This document shows positions 8,051-15,954 of a DNA stretch of 22,480 bases, one piece after another. The notes under the pieces were generated by a model, which saw only the letters and a list, made by a program, of their open reading frames with translations, was not told the DNA's origin and searched no databases. The position numbers and the translations under genes were made by a program. How positions within the stretch are numbered: position 1 is the stretch's first letter; each line of letters opens with the position of its first letter. This stretch comes from Bacillales bacterium (lineage in GTDB: Bacteria > Bacillota > Bacilli > JARBTR01): NCBI GenBank assembly GCA_031554275.1, contig JAVBKB010000130.1, forward strand, positions 1 to 22,480. Direction: 5' to 3'.

Positions 8051-9028
8051 TTACATTTTCTGTCCACAGCTCACACAGAATTTCGCTTCTATTGTATTTG
8101 CTGCACCACATGAAGCGCAGAAGTGGCCCTTCGGTTTGACTACTTGACCACATTCAGGGCAGAACTTCGAATCTGCAGGGATTTTGGCATCGCAACTTGG
8201 ACATTCAATTGATTTGTCAGTATCCCCATCAAAGAGCTTGTTTGCCATTTTCATGCCAGCAGCCATACCTAGCGCATCTGACATACTTGAGTTGCCTTTG
8301 CCCATTGCATCTGCTGCACTCAAGTTTTGATATTTGTCAACATCCTTTACCATGCTGAATGCTGCTGCTTTATTAATTTTTTCTTGAATTTCTTCTGGAT
8401 AATTGAAGCTTTGAATATTGAAGTCAAGGATTGAGATACCAATTTTCCGCATTTCGAAATCCAGGTCCGTTTTAATTCCTTCTGCTATATCGAATGCGCT
8501 GGCTTGGAGACGGAACATATCTTTTCCCTCTTGTAAGATCCATTTCATCAGATACTTATCCAATACTGCGACGATTCGACCGCGTAGTTCTTCAACAGTA
8601 TACATTTTCTTTACACCAGCAATTTTGTCAATTAGGGTGATGTAGTCAGAAACTTTGAAAATCAATGTGCCAAAAGCTCTAACAGGTAGTCCGCCTGGTA
8701 ATTCCTCAGAAGGAATGTTAATGGCGTTTTGTGTACCCCATTTCAACTCGATTTCTTTGTTATTTACAAAAAGTACTTCAGCTCGTAAACCGCTATTAAA
8801 TCCGAATCGAAAGCCCTTTAATGTGCTTAGAAAGGGGATGATATCTGATTGCAATTCATAAGTGCCTTCCTTTTCGAAAATACCTTCAACGCGACCATTA
8901 TACATAAATACAGCATCTTGTCCTGCTTTAAGGATAACGCGAGAGCCTTTCTCAAGCTCATCGTCATTCCATTTCCAGAAGATCACATCTTCCCGGAATT
9001 CTTGCCATTCCACAACATCTGCAAACAT
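8051..9028 (-). CDS. SPFH / Band_7_1-family protein with a C-terminal double zinc ribbon (B. subtilis YdjI-like).
   Basis: The N-terminal domain architecture matches the Band_7_1 (virion-core-like SPFH) family. The C terminus carries CPSCDAKIP...CPECG and CASCGAAN...CVSCG. It is the last gene of the pspA-led operon. The start was chosen at MFADVVEW (ATG at 9028) with a GAAAGGCGG RBS. Confidence 0.7.
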   Translation of the reverse strand: MFADVVEWQEFREDVIFWKWNDDELEKGSRVILKAGQDAVFMYNGRVEGIFEKEGTYELQSDIIPFLSTLKGFRFGFNSGLRAEVLFVNNKEIELKWGTQNAINIPSEELPGGLPVRAFGTLIFKVSDYITLIDKIAGVKKMYTVEELRGRIVAVLDKYLMKWILQEGKDMFRLQASAFDIAEGIKTDLDFEMRKIGISILDFNIQSFNYPEEIQEKINKAAAFSMVKDVDKYQNLSAADAMGKGNSSMSDALGMAAGMKMANKLFDGDTDKSIECPSCDAKIPADSKFCPECGQVVKPKGHFCASCGAANTIEAKFCVSCGQKM

Positions 9029-9097
9029 TTTTTTACCGCCTTTCAAATGATTTCACTAATTGTAACGTTTAAATACAATCGTATCGAAAACTTACTG

Positions 9098-10219
9098 CTA
9101 AAGACTATTCAAAAATTCTTGTCCTGCCTCAGTTCCAGTCAAGAAGTAAATTATGATAAATAATAGAACTAACCCAAGAACAGTTAAGATCGCAATCTTG
9201 ACTGGACTATATGGGTATCGGCCAGCAATTTCACCATTTTCACCATTGATTACATAGCTGTAAATTTTATTTTTGAACATAAAACCAGAACTCCATACTG
9301 GAAACAACACATGTTTAAACCGAACATTAGAATAGGTTGTATCTAGTGAAATCCCCTGTACAACGTCGTATTGAGCCAATACTTGACTTTCAACGTCTCT
9401 AACCAGGTAGTTGTACATCTCATGCTGAGCCATTTCAAATCCTGGTTGTGGCAGCATCGCATACTTTTCAGCATAGAAGCCCGACAAGTATGCAGATGAA
9501 AAGGGCACAAGGTGACCAGTATTAAATTCGTCGACTTGAGTTACTAGCGATGCATTCTTACCGCCACCATTTACAAGCACATCATCAAAAGACCGGGAAA
9601 CAGAACCACTTACATTGTACCAACGAACTCTTTGCTCTTGTCTTCTGTTACCTCTACCGTCACTGACTGTAACATAATAGACTTCTCCACCCATTGCAGC
9701 ATAACGGCTGTTTGTATCGGCATCATAAGTCCAATAAGGAAGGTAAATAGGCTTTAGCAGATCTTCTTGGTACATTTTTTTAAGAATATTAGGTGCTAGC
9801 CATCTCCGACCGATCCAATTTTTAAAAATTTCAGCCGAACGCTCTTTGGTAACCTTAAATGGGATAATTCCCTCAGGCCGAATGCCAGCATCCTGCTTCA
9901 CTTCCAAAATATTAGATGAGCCACAAAAAGCACAAGATGCTGTTGTATCATTCTTGGCAATTGATAATTCTGCACCACAAGAACTGCATTTGACAGTGTG
10001 AATCTGTTCTCCCCATTCAACATCTGCTTTTGAAAGTTCTATTTCTGTGAAATCATACTCTCTTATTGTGCTTTTCTGATTGGGCAGCTTCTCTAATACA
10101 TAGTTGCAATTTGGGCAGAGCATATGCTGTGACGCAATATCAAACTCGAGAATACTGTTACACTTTGGGCAATTATAAACGATTTGCTCTTTCGATACAG
10201 CCATTTCTTGAACAGCCAA
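9098..10219 (-). CDS. Zinc-ribbon membrane-anchored protein (YdjG/YdjH-like), encoded in the PspA operon.
   Basis: The N terminus has two CxxC...CxxC zinc ribbons (CPKCNSIL...CPNCNYVL and CSSCGAEL...CAFCGSSN). These are followed by a domain of about 250 aa and a C-terminal TM helix (IAILTVLGLVLLFIIIYFL). A TTG start is preceded by a GGAG RBS. Confidence 0.55.
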   Translation of the reverse strand: MAVQEMAVSKEQIVYNCPKCNSILEFDIASQHMLCPNCNYVLEKLPNQKSTIREYDFTEIELSKADVEWGEQIHTVKCSSCGAELSIAKNDTTASCAFCGSSNILEVKQDAGIRPEGIIPFKVTKERSAEIFKNWIGRRWLAPNILKKMYQEDLLKPIYLPYWTYDADTNSRYAAMGGEVYYVTVSDGRGNRRQEQRVRWYNVSGSVSRSFDDVLVNGGGKNASLVTQVDEFNTGHLVPFSSAYLSGFYAEKYAMLPQPGFEMAQHEMYNYLVRDVESQVLAQYDVVQGISLDTTYSNVRFKHVLFPVWSSGFMFKNKIYSYVINGENGEIAGRYPYSPVKIAILTVLGLVLLFIIIYFLTGTEAGQEFLNSL

Positions 10220-10302
10220 ATGAATTCACTCCATTGCTTTGTGAATGCTTTGATTCATTATTTTGATAGAATTTGATTCTGTTGTTTCTGTACTTTATCA
10301 CA

Positions 10303-10332
10303 AATCAGGCTGCGCCTTGCGCAGCCTGATTG
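10303..10332 (-). promoter_or_regulatory. Perfect 13-bp stem-loop between pspA and the downstream operon genes, possibly a partial terminator or attenuator.
   Basis: AATCAGGCTGCGC-cttg-GCGCAGCCTGATT. No strong U-tract follows on the minus strand. Its position is analogous to the readthrough terminator after liaH/pspA in other Firmicutes. Confidence 0.4.
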
Positions 10333-10346
10333 TTTGATTGAAAATA

Positions 10347-11045
10347 TTATTTCTTTGCTTTAGCTTTCATAGCAGCAAGCTCATCTTCAACTGATGGCGC
10401 AGATGGAATATCATCATATTTATCTTCTAGATCATCCAATTTCTCTTCATAAGAAAGCTCATTGTCTGTAACAGAATTCAACTCTGCCATAGCATTTGCT
10501 TTGTCTAGCATTTTGTTTGCTTTCTCTTCCATCTCACCGAATTTGTTCATGCTACCTTTTGATTGATCAATACTTGAGCCTAACTTGTTGATATGCTCTT
10601 GAGTTTTGGCGATATTCATTTTGGCTTTAATATTATCACGACGAGAATCTAGCTCACCGATTTGGTCTACTAATTTATCATGCATTGCACGCATTTTTGT
10701 TGAATTAGCAGTCGCTGAAACAAGTACTTGTTGCAAGCTTGCTTGTTGTCCAACCAAATGACTTTTCTTTGTAAGGAAGTCTCTCGCATCTGAATCATTA
10801 CCAGCTGCAACAGCACGTTCAGCATAGCTTTGTAGTTTGTTTACTTCAGCTTGATTCTCATCGAATTCACGCTGTGCACGCATTTGCTCTGCCATAATAG
10901 TTGCTGTTTCTGATTTGACTTCATTGAGGTCGTCTTGCATATCTCTTAATGCCTCATCAATCATTTTCTCTGGGTCTTCAGCCTTGTCTAGCAATGAGTT
11001 GATGTTAGCTTCCATGATGTCTTTAAATCTTGATAAAATACTCAA
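10347..11045 (-). CDS. pspA: Phage-shock protein A / IM30 family (PspA, LiaH/YdjF-like).
   Basis: The N terminus MSILSRFKDIMEANINSLLDKAEDPEKMIDEALRDMQ is the PspA signature. The remaining roughly 220 aa are coiled-coil. AGGAGGAAA provides the RBS. Confidence 0.9.
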   Translation of the reverse strand: MSILSRFKDIMEANINSLLDKAEDPEKMIDEALRDMQDDLNEVKSETATIMAEQMRAQREFDENQAEVNKLQSYAERAVAAGNDSDARDFLTKKSHLVGQQASLQQVLVSATANSTKMRAMHDKLVDQIGELDSRRDNIKAKMNIAKTQEHINKLGSSIDQSKGSMNKFGEMEEKANKMLDKANAMAELNSVTDNELSYEEKLDDLEDKYDDIPSAPSVEDELAAMKAKAKK

Positions 11046-11118
11046 TTGGGGTTTCCTCCTAAGTAGCAGAAATATCTACTACAATGATTTTTCAGCTAGA
11101 ATAACTAGCCACGCTATA

Positions 11119-11147
11119 ATTATATTAATTTTGGGGCAAAATTTCAA
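11119..11147 (-). promoter_or_regulatory. Near-consensus sigma-A promoter for pspA: TTGAAA-17-TATAAT.
   Basis: On the minus strand the -35 is TTGAAA (11142-11147), the spacer is 17 nt, and the -10 is TATAAT (11119-11124). The predicted 5'UTR is about 65 nt. Confidence 0.55.
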
Positions 11148-11394
11148 TGATTGTTTTTTAAATTTTCTAGTATAAGAGAATTTAATAATTATTATTTATT
11201 GGAATCTATTTGAAAAATAGTCACTTTTCTAATGCAACCATTGAGCAAATTTTACAAAAAAAATAAACGGACTTAAGCAGCTTACTTAAATAATGAAATT
11301 CCCTTGCAATCAACTAACATGAGGATGATAAAAAAACCTAATGCGCAACAAATTCCAGGAGGGTTTTGTTTTCTTCGCAAAAGGTCTTAAGGTG

Positions 11395-11679
11395 TTATCT
11401 TTGATAAATATTAATATTTTCTGTGACACCGTATGGCATTGGGTACCCGCTAATAGGATAACTTGGATACGGGGCGACAGGCGGATAGGGGGCAACAGGT
11501 GGATACGCTGGATATGGTTGAAATTGGGGGTATGGCATTGGGTAGGGATAGGGACGATTGAATAACAGACCCCCAATCGCGAGTCCACCGAGAAATGGTA
11601 GAAACGGGATGAATCTTTCGTCTTCTCTATAAATATTGCCATTGATTCCATTAGGGTTTTGAAAATAATCGGGATACAT
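11395..11679 (-). CDS. Small membrane protein of 94 aa with a Pro/Tyr-rich repeat tail (YP/PYP repeats); function unknown.
   Basis: A strong RBS is present (AAATGGAGG 7 nt before the ATG). One TM segment is predicted (FIPFLPFLGGLAIGGLLF). The C-terminal tail reads RPYPYPMPYPQFQPYPAYPPVAPYPPVAPYPSYP. The overlapping 131-aa ORF in another frame lacks an RBS. Confidence 0.55.
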   Translation of the reverse strand: MYPDYFQNPNGINGNIYREDERFIPFLPFLGGLAIGGLLFNRPYPYPMPYPQFQPYPAYPPVAPYPPVAPYPSYPISGYPMPYGVTENINIYQR

Positions 11680-11716
11680 TGTAGACCTCCATTTTGCTTT
11701 TTCAATAATGAGAAGG

Positions 11717-11746
11717 TTGCACTGAAGCCTTCATTATGGGTAAAAT
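11717..11746 (+). promoter_or_regulatory. Candidate sigma-A promoter for dapH: TTGCAC-18-TAAAAT.
   Basis: Based on hexamer match and spacing only. Confidence 0.3.
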
Positions 11747-11818
11747 GTCTTCAAGCTATATTATGGGATAACCACTCACTCTGAGCCTGTTCAAATCGAA
11801 TATTGGGGGAAAAGTCAA

Positions 11819-12529
11819 ATGAAGAAACTTACTGCAGAAGAAATTATATCGTTTATCGGTAATAGTAAAAAATCAACACCCGTTAAAGTCTATGTAAAAG
11901 GAGACCTCGATCAAATTGAGTTCGGAAATACCGTTCAAGCTTTTGTGGAGTCAAAGTCAGGCGTTCTTTTTGGAGAATGGGAAGCTATTGAAAAGTTTTT
12001 AGAAGAAAATAAAGCAAATATTTCGGACTATGTATTGGAATGTGATCGCCGCAATTCAGCTATTCCATTATTTGATAAGAAATATGCAAACGCTCGTATC
12101 GAGCCAGGTGCAATCATTCGTGACCAAGTGGAAATTGGGGATCAGGCTATTATCATGATGGGTGCTGTAATCAATATAGGTGCGACAGTTGGTGCGAAGA
12201 CGATGATTGATATGAATGCGGTTCTTGGTGGACGTGCAGAAGTTGGTGCCAATTGCCATATTGGTGCAGGAGCAGTGTTGGCAGGAGTCGTTGAACCGCC
12301 ATCTGCAAAACCAGTAATCGTTGAAGACGGTGTTTTGGTAGGGGCAAATGCAGTTGTATTGGAAGGTGTCCGTGTTGGAGCTGGTTCAGTTGTAGCTGCT
12401 GGTGCCATTGTTGTTCAAGATGTAGCGCCAAATACTGTGGTTGCAGGCGTACCAGCAAGGATGATCAAAACAATTGATCAAGTAGACAAATCGAAAATTG
12501 AAATGAAAGATGAATTACGTAACTTGTAA
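11819..12529 (+). CDS. dapH: 2,3,4,5-tetrahydropyridine-2,6-dicarboxylate N-acetyltransferase.
   Basis: The N terminus [22 protein letters not shown] is characteristic of DapH (YkuQ). A left-handed beta-helix hexapeptide-repeat region follows. The 236-aa length is as expected. Confidence 0.9.
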   Translation: MKKLTAEEIISFIGNSKKSTPVKVYVKGDLDQIEFGNTVQAFVESKSGVLFGEWEAIEKFLEENKANISDYVLECDRRNSAIPLFDKKYANARIEPGAIIRDQVEIGDQAIIMMGAVINIGATVGAKTMIDMNAVLGGRAEVGANCHIGAGAVLAGVVEPPSAKPVIVEDGVLVGANAVVLEGVRVGAGSVVAAGAIVVQDVAPNTVVAGVPARMIKTIDQVDKSKIEMKDELRNL

Positions 12530-12679
12530 CAGGCAGTTAATTTCTTAGCATCATAATAAGGGGTTTCCACAGGAATTGCTGTTTCTAGCGAAGAAAATTA
12601 CTGTTGTTAGAAATTATGTTTACCTAAATACTTCAATGTGTCATACTATTATTATCTTATTGAGAAAGGAACACAGAAA

Positions 12680-13192
12680 ATGAATAAAATGATGAAAAAG
12701 GTTTTACTTGGATCAATCATGGCTATTTTAGTCCTAGGATTAGTAGGTTGTGGTGGAGGAGATCAAACAATTACAAGTAAGGATAAGAAATTCGAGGTTA
12801 AAGTTCCAAAAGAATGGGAACTAGTTGAAGACGGAGTAGGCGAAGACGGACTAGTTGTCGCTGATGCACAATCAGAAAGTGATGCTACTCAAATGGTTGT
12901 AATTATGCCAATCGGTGAACCGGACATGTTTGAAGGTGACCTTGAAGATTCATTTGATGAAATTTTTGGATCAGAAAGTGGTACAGATACGAAAAAACTT
13001 TCTACAGACAAAATTTCTGGCTTTGAGGCGATTACAGTTGAAATAAAATCTGATGACGAAGGTACATATATTGCAGCTCTTATCAAAGGCGAAAAGAAAG
13101 TATATATGGTGAATACTGGAGCAAAAGAGAGTAAAGACTACGATCAAAAGAAATTTGAGAAGATTGCAAAAAGTGTTAAGATCAAAGAGTAA
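12680..13192 (+). CDS. Lipoprotein of unknown function.
   Basis: The signal peptide MNKMMKKVLLGSIMAILVLGLVGC carries an LVGC lipobox. The mature part is acidic. The start was chosen at the ATG with a GAAAGGAA RBS rather than the longer track ORF. Confidence 0.65.
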   Translation: MNKMMKKVLLGSIMAILVLGLVGCGGGDQTITSKDKKFEVKVPKEWELVEDGVGEDGLVVADAQSESDATQMVVIMPIGEPDMFEGDLEDSFDEIFGSESGTDTKKLSTDKISGFEAITVEIKSDDEGTYIAALIKGEKKVYMVNTGAKESKDYDQKKFEKIAKSVKIKE

Positions 13193-13208
13193 TGATAATC
13201 TAATTATG

Positions 13209-13245
13209 ACATCTCCAATGTAGACTACATTGGAGATGTTTTTTC
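13209..13245 (+). terminator. Rho-independent terminator after the lipoprotein gene.
   Basis: ACATCTCCAATGTAG / CTACATTGGAGATGT forms a palindromic stem followed by TTTTTT. Confidence 0.75.
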
Positions 13246-13278
13246 GTGGTGACAACTTGTGCTAAGAAACAGTTTCGA

Positions 13279-13617
13279 CTAGTTCTTTGCAGACATATTT
13301 ACACCCAATATGCCGCCCATCATTGCCGTTAGGACATAACTTGCGTAGTAAATAATTTGTTTTATTGAGAACAAAGTATCTAAACCCAAATACTGATACA
13401 GGAAAATGATTAACGTGTACAACAAGCCAGTCGCACCGCCAAGCATCCAACCGGATTTTTTCCCTCTTCCACCAGAAACAAAACCGCCTATGAATAGGGA
13501 AATGAATGAGACAAATAAGATTATGTAACCAATGGTGGTCTCACTTGTATCTGTGAAACGCAGAATCAGTGAGAAGATCAAACTTGATGTAGCTGCAAGC
13601 ACAAAGATCACTAACAA
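13279..13617 (-). CDS. Small polytopic membrane protein downstream of the spoVB-like gene (YrzE/YrbG-like position). The start codon is uncertain.
   Basis: Three to four TM helices are predicted. The only canonical start is the TTG at 13617, which has no RBS. A strong RBS (GAAAGAGGGGA) lies 60 nt upstream, positioned before an in-frame ATC codon (13656-13654). Confidence 0.5.
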   Translation of the reverse strand: MLVIFVLAATSSLIFSLILRFTDTSETTIGYIILFVSFISLFIGGFVSGGRGKKSGWMLGGATGLLYTLIIFLYQYLGLDTLFSIKQIIYYASYVLTAMMGGILGVNMSAKN

Positions 13618-13797
13618 ACCATAAAGAATTGCTGTACTAATTTTTTTCGTTTCGATGGTAAATCCCCTCTTTCATCTAACTGGACACGCTAATCCAACTA
13701 TATGTACAACAGATTAGAAAAAGACCAGGTTGTATAGAATTTTCCAAGCTGTTGAACTTTTTCCACACAGCAAAATTCACAATTTCACACCAAAATC

Positions 13798-15360
13798 TCA
13801 TCCAATAAAACTCCTTGAAATCAATTTACCAAAGAGCGGAATGCGCTGCACTTCAGGCTTCGTGACAACACCAGTAATCACCAACAATATGAGAAACAGT
13901 ACAACCATGAGGGATGCAGTCAGAAGCACATTCTGTACCATTCCAAGTGCTGCGAATATCTTCAAGTTAAGCAGATGTCCTGTGAACCCTGTAATCAAAA
14001 TAATCACACCTGTAACAACATATTCTCGCAGATAAATTGGCACATGGATTTTGCGGGAAATTGAAACGAAATGTAGCCAAGTAATCAGGATTATTCCAAC
14101 CCCAAGCGAGAGCGTAACCCCCATGATACCAAAGCGAGGTTGCGTTGCCAGAATCAGTATTAATACTGTTTTCACAGCTGCTCCAATGAAGCTATTCACC
14201 ATTGCAGCAGTTGCCATATTCATTGCTTGCAGTGCTGCTTGAAGCGGTCCTTGGTAAAAGAAAAACAGGAAGAAAGGCGCCAGAAATTTAACATAATGGG
14301 CAGCATGATTATTGCCATACATCAAGGTCATTAATGGGTCTGCTAACACATAGATGATGACAACGGAAAGAGCACCACTGATAAAGGTGAAGCGTAACGA
14401 TTGATGTAGCTGGTACTCCACTAGCCTGAATTTCTTTTTCGCATAGGCTTCACTAATAGCAGGAATGAGTGAAGTACCCAATGAAGTTGTGATAAATGAT
14501 GGAAGCATGAGGAGTGGCAAGGCATATCCCGTTAACTCTCCATATAGCTTTGTAGAACTAACAGTTGTGATGCCTGCGATCGCTAAACTCTGTGCGACAA
14601 CAATCGGCTCAAGGAACCAAGCTATTGAGCCAATCATCCGACTGCCAGTAGTAGGGATGGCAATTGTCATCAGCTCTTGTAGTGTTTTACGTCCCTTGAC
14701 CATATGAGAGAAAAATTGTTTGCGTAAGCGAAAATTTTTTCGAAGTTTAAAACGTGCCAGTAGATACAATAATGAAACTAGCTCTCCTATTATAGAAGCC
14801 ACAATGGCACCAGCAGTGGCATACTCAATGCCATAAGGTAAAAACTTCTTCGTGAGGTAAGCGATTAAAGCAATTCGAACAGATTGCTCTAATATCATTG
14901 AAAATGCAAATGGGTTCATCTGCTGTTTCCCTTGGAAGTAGCCCCGTAACACGGCAGAAACTGCTGTGATCGGAATAATTGGTGCCATAGCAAGGAGTGG
15001 GTAATAAACGCGGTGATCTGTGAACAATGTTTGAGAAATGAACTTTGCACCTAATATTAATAAAGGTGTGAAAATCATTGAAAGAAGAATGGTTACTGCC
15101 AGTGAAACAACAAGTATTGATTTCACTTTCCTTGAATCATCTCTCGCCGTAGCTTCCGCAACAAATTTGGAGATGGCAACAGGTAGTCCAATTTGTGTGA
15201 TCGCAATCACTAGAAATAGGGTTGGTGAGGCCATCATGTATAAACCAACGCCCTCTTCACCAACAAACCGTGCTAACACGATCCGATTAATGAATCCAAG
15301 AATTCTAGTGATGAATCCTGCAATGAGTAAAATGATTGTTCCTTTAAGAAATCTTGACAT
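13798..15360 (-). CDS. spoVB: MOP-superfamily flippase, SpoVB/MurJ-like (stage V sporulation protein B, or a polysaccharide/lipid II flippase homologue).
   Basis: The 520-aa product has about 14 TM segments. The N terminus LKGTIILLIAGFITRILGFINRIVLARFVGEEGVGLYMMASPT is very close to B. subtilis SpoVB as recalled from memory (unchecked; a MurJ/YtgP-type paralogue cannot be excluded). The gene is divergent from comN-secDF, as in the B. subtilis locus. Confidence 0.6.
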   Translation of the reverse strand: MSRFLKGTIILLIAGFITRILGFINRIVLARFVGEEGVGLYMMASPTLFLVIAITQIGLPVAISKFVAEATARDDSRKVKSILVVSLAVTILLSMIFTPLLILGAKFISQTLFTDHRVYYPLLAMAPIIPITAVSAVLRGYFQGKQQMNPFAFSMILEQSVRIALIAYLTKKFLPYGIEYATAGAIVASIIGELVSLLYLLARFKLRKNFRLRKQFFSHMVKGRKTLQELMTIAIPTTGSRMIGSIAWFLEPIVVAQSLAIAGITTVSSTKLYGELTGYALPLLMLPSFITTSLGTSLIPAISEAYAKKKFRLVEYQLHQSLRFTFISGALSVVIIYVLADPLMTLMYGNNHAAHYVKFLAPFFLFFFYQGPLQAALQAMNMATAAMVNSFIGAAVKTVLILILATQPRFGIMGVTLSLGVGIILITWLHFVSISRKIHVPIYLREYVVTGVIILITGFTGHLLNLKIFAALGMVQNVLLTASLMVVLFLILLVITGVVTKPEVQRIPLFGKLISRSFIG

Positions 15361-15541
15361 ATTAAATTACCAACCTTTTCAATCTATCAACAATCCAGTA
15401 CAATAGAAATGATACTTGATTGTTTGACTCTTTTTTCTTAAGCGAGTTATTTGTCTACATAACTAAAGGTAGCTTTATAAAAGATATGCACTCAACAGAC
15501 AAGCTTATGATTTTTCAGTAACTATTATTTCTTTAGTTTTT

Positions 15542-15570
15542 TTTGCGAAAAAAAAATTGAGAATGTAGAA
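15542..15570 (+). promoter_or_regulatory. Candidate sigma-A promoter for comN-secDF: TTGCGA-17-TAGAAT.
   Basis: The -35 is at 15542-15547 and the -10 at 15565-15570, about 20 nt upstream of the comN ATG. Confidence 0.4.
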
Positions 15571-15590
15571 TGTGAAGGGTAGGAGTACTT

Positions 15591-15884
15591 ATGCATCCAA
15601 ATGAATTGTATCGAAAGCAGGTACAACCCGCTTTACAGCTGAAGTGTAAGGATTTCGAGTTAATGGGTTACAATGTTAATGAAGAAGGAATTTGGAGTTA
15701 TTTTGTGGATTATAAATGGCGTAAGCAGACCAATGTTTTGCGTCTATATCAAGTTGTAAATGAGATACTAATGCTGAAGATTTCTGACTATATGAACTTT
15801 GCCTCACTAGATGTGATCAAACGTTCGGGCCCAAAGAGGAAAGGGATGCAGTTAAATAAAGAAGACTTGAAAGATTTGATCTAG
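15591..15884 (+). CDS. comN: Post-transcriptional regulator ComN (YrzD)-like small protein.
   Basis: The 97-aa ORF has an AGGAG RBS and lies immediately upstream of secDF, which is exactly the position of comN/yrzD in Bacillus. Confidence 0.5.
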   Translation: MHPNELYRKQVQPALQLKCKDFELMGYNVNEEGIWSYFVDYKWRKQTNVLRLYQVVNEILMLKISDYMNFASLDVIKRSGPKRKGMQLNKEDLKDLI

Positions 15885-15954
15885 TTTTTTACTAGGGATA
15901 AGTATTATAATGTATTTTATTGAAGATGGAAGTTTTGAGAGGAGCCATAAGTAA

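Noticed and set aside
11310-11705. A 131-aa ORF overlapping the PY-repeat gene in another frame.
   Set aside because: It has no RBS at its start, whereas the 94-aa frame has a strong AAATGGAGG Shine-Dalgarno with ideal spacing. Its product is not hydropathically coherent.
11706-11818. A lysine riboswitch or T-box leader upstream of dapH.
   Set aside because: Only about 110 nt are available. No L-box or T-box conserved motifs (for example the T-box AGGGUGGNACCGCG) are present, and a simple promoter plus RBS accounts for the region.
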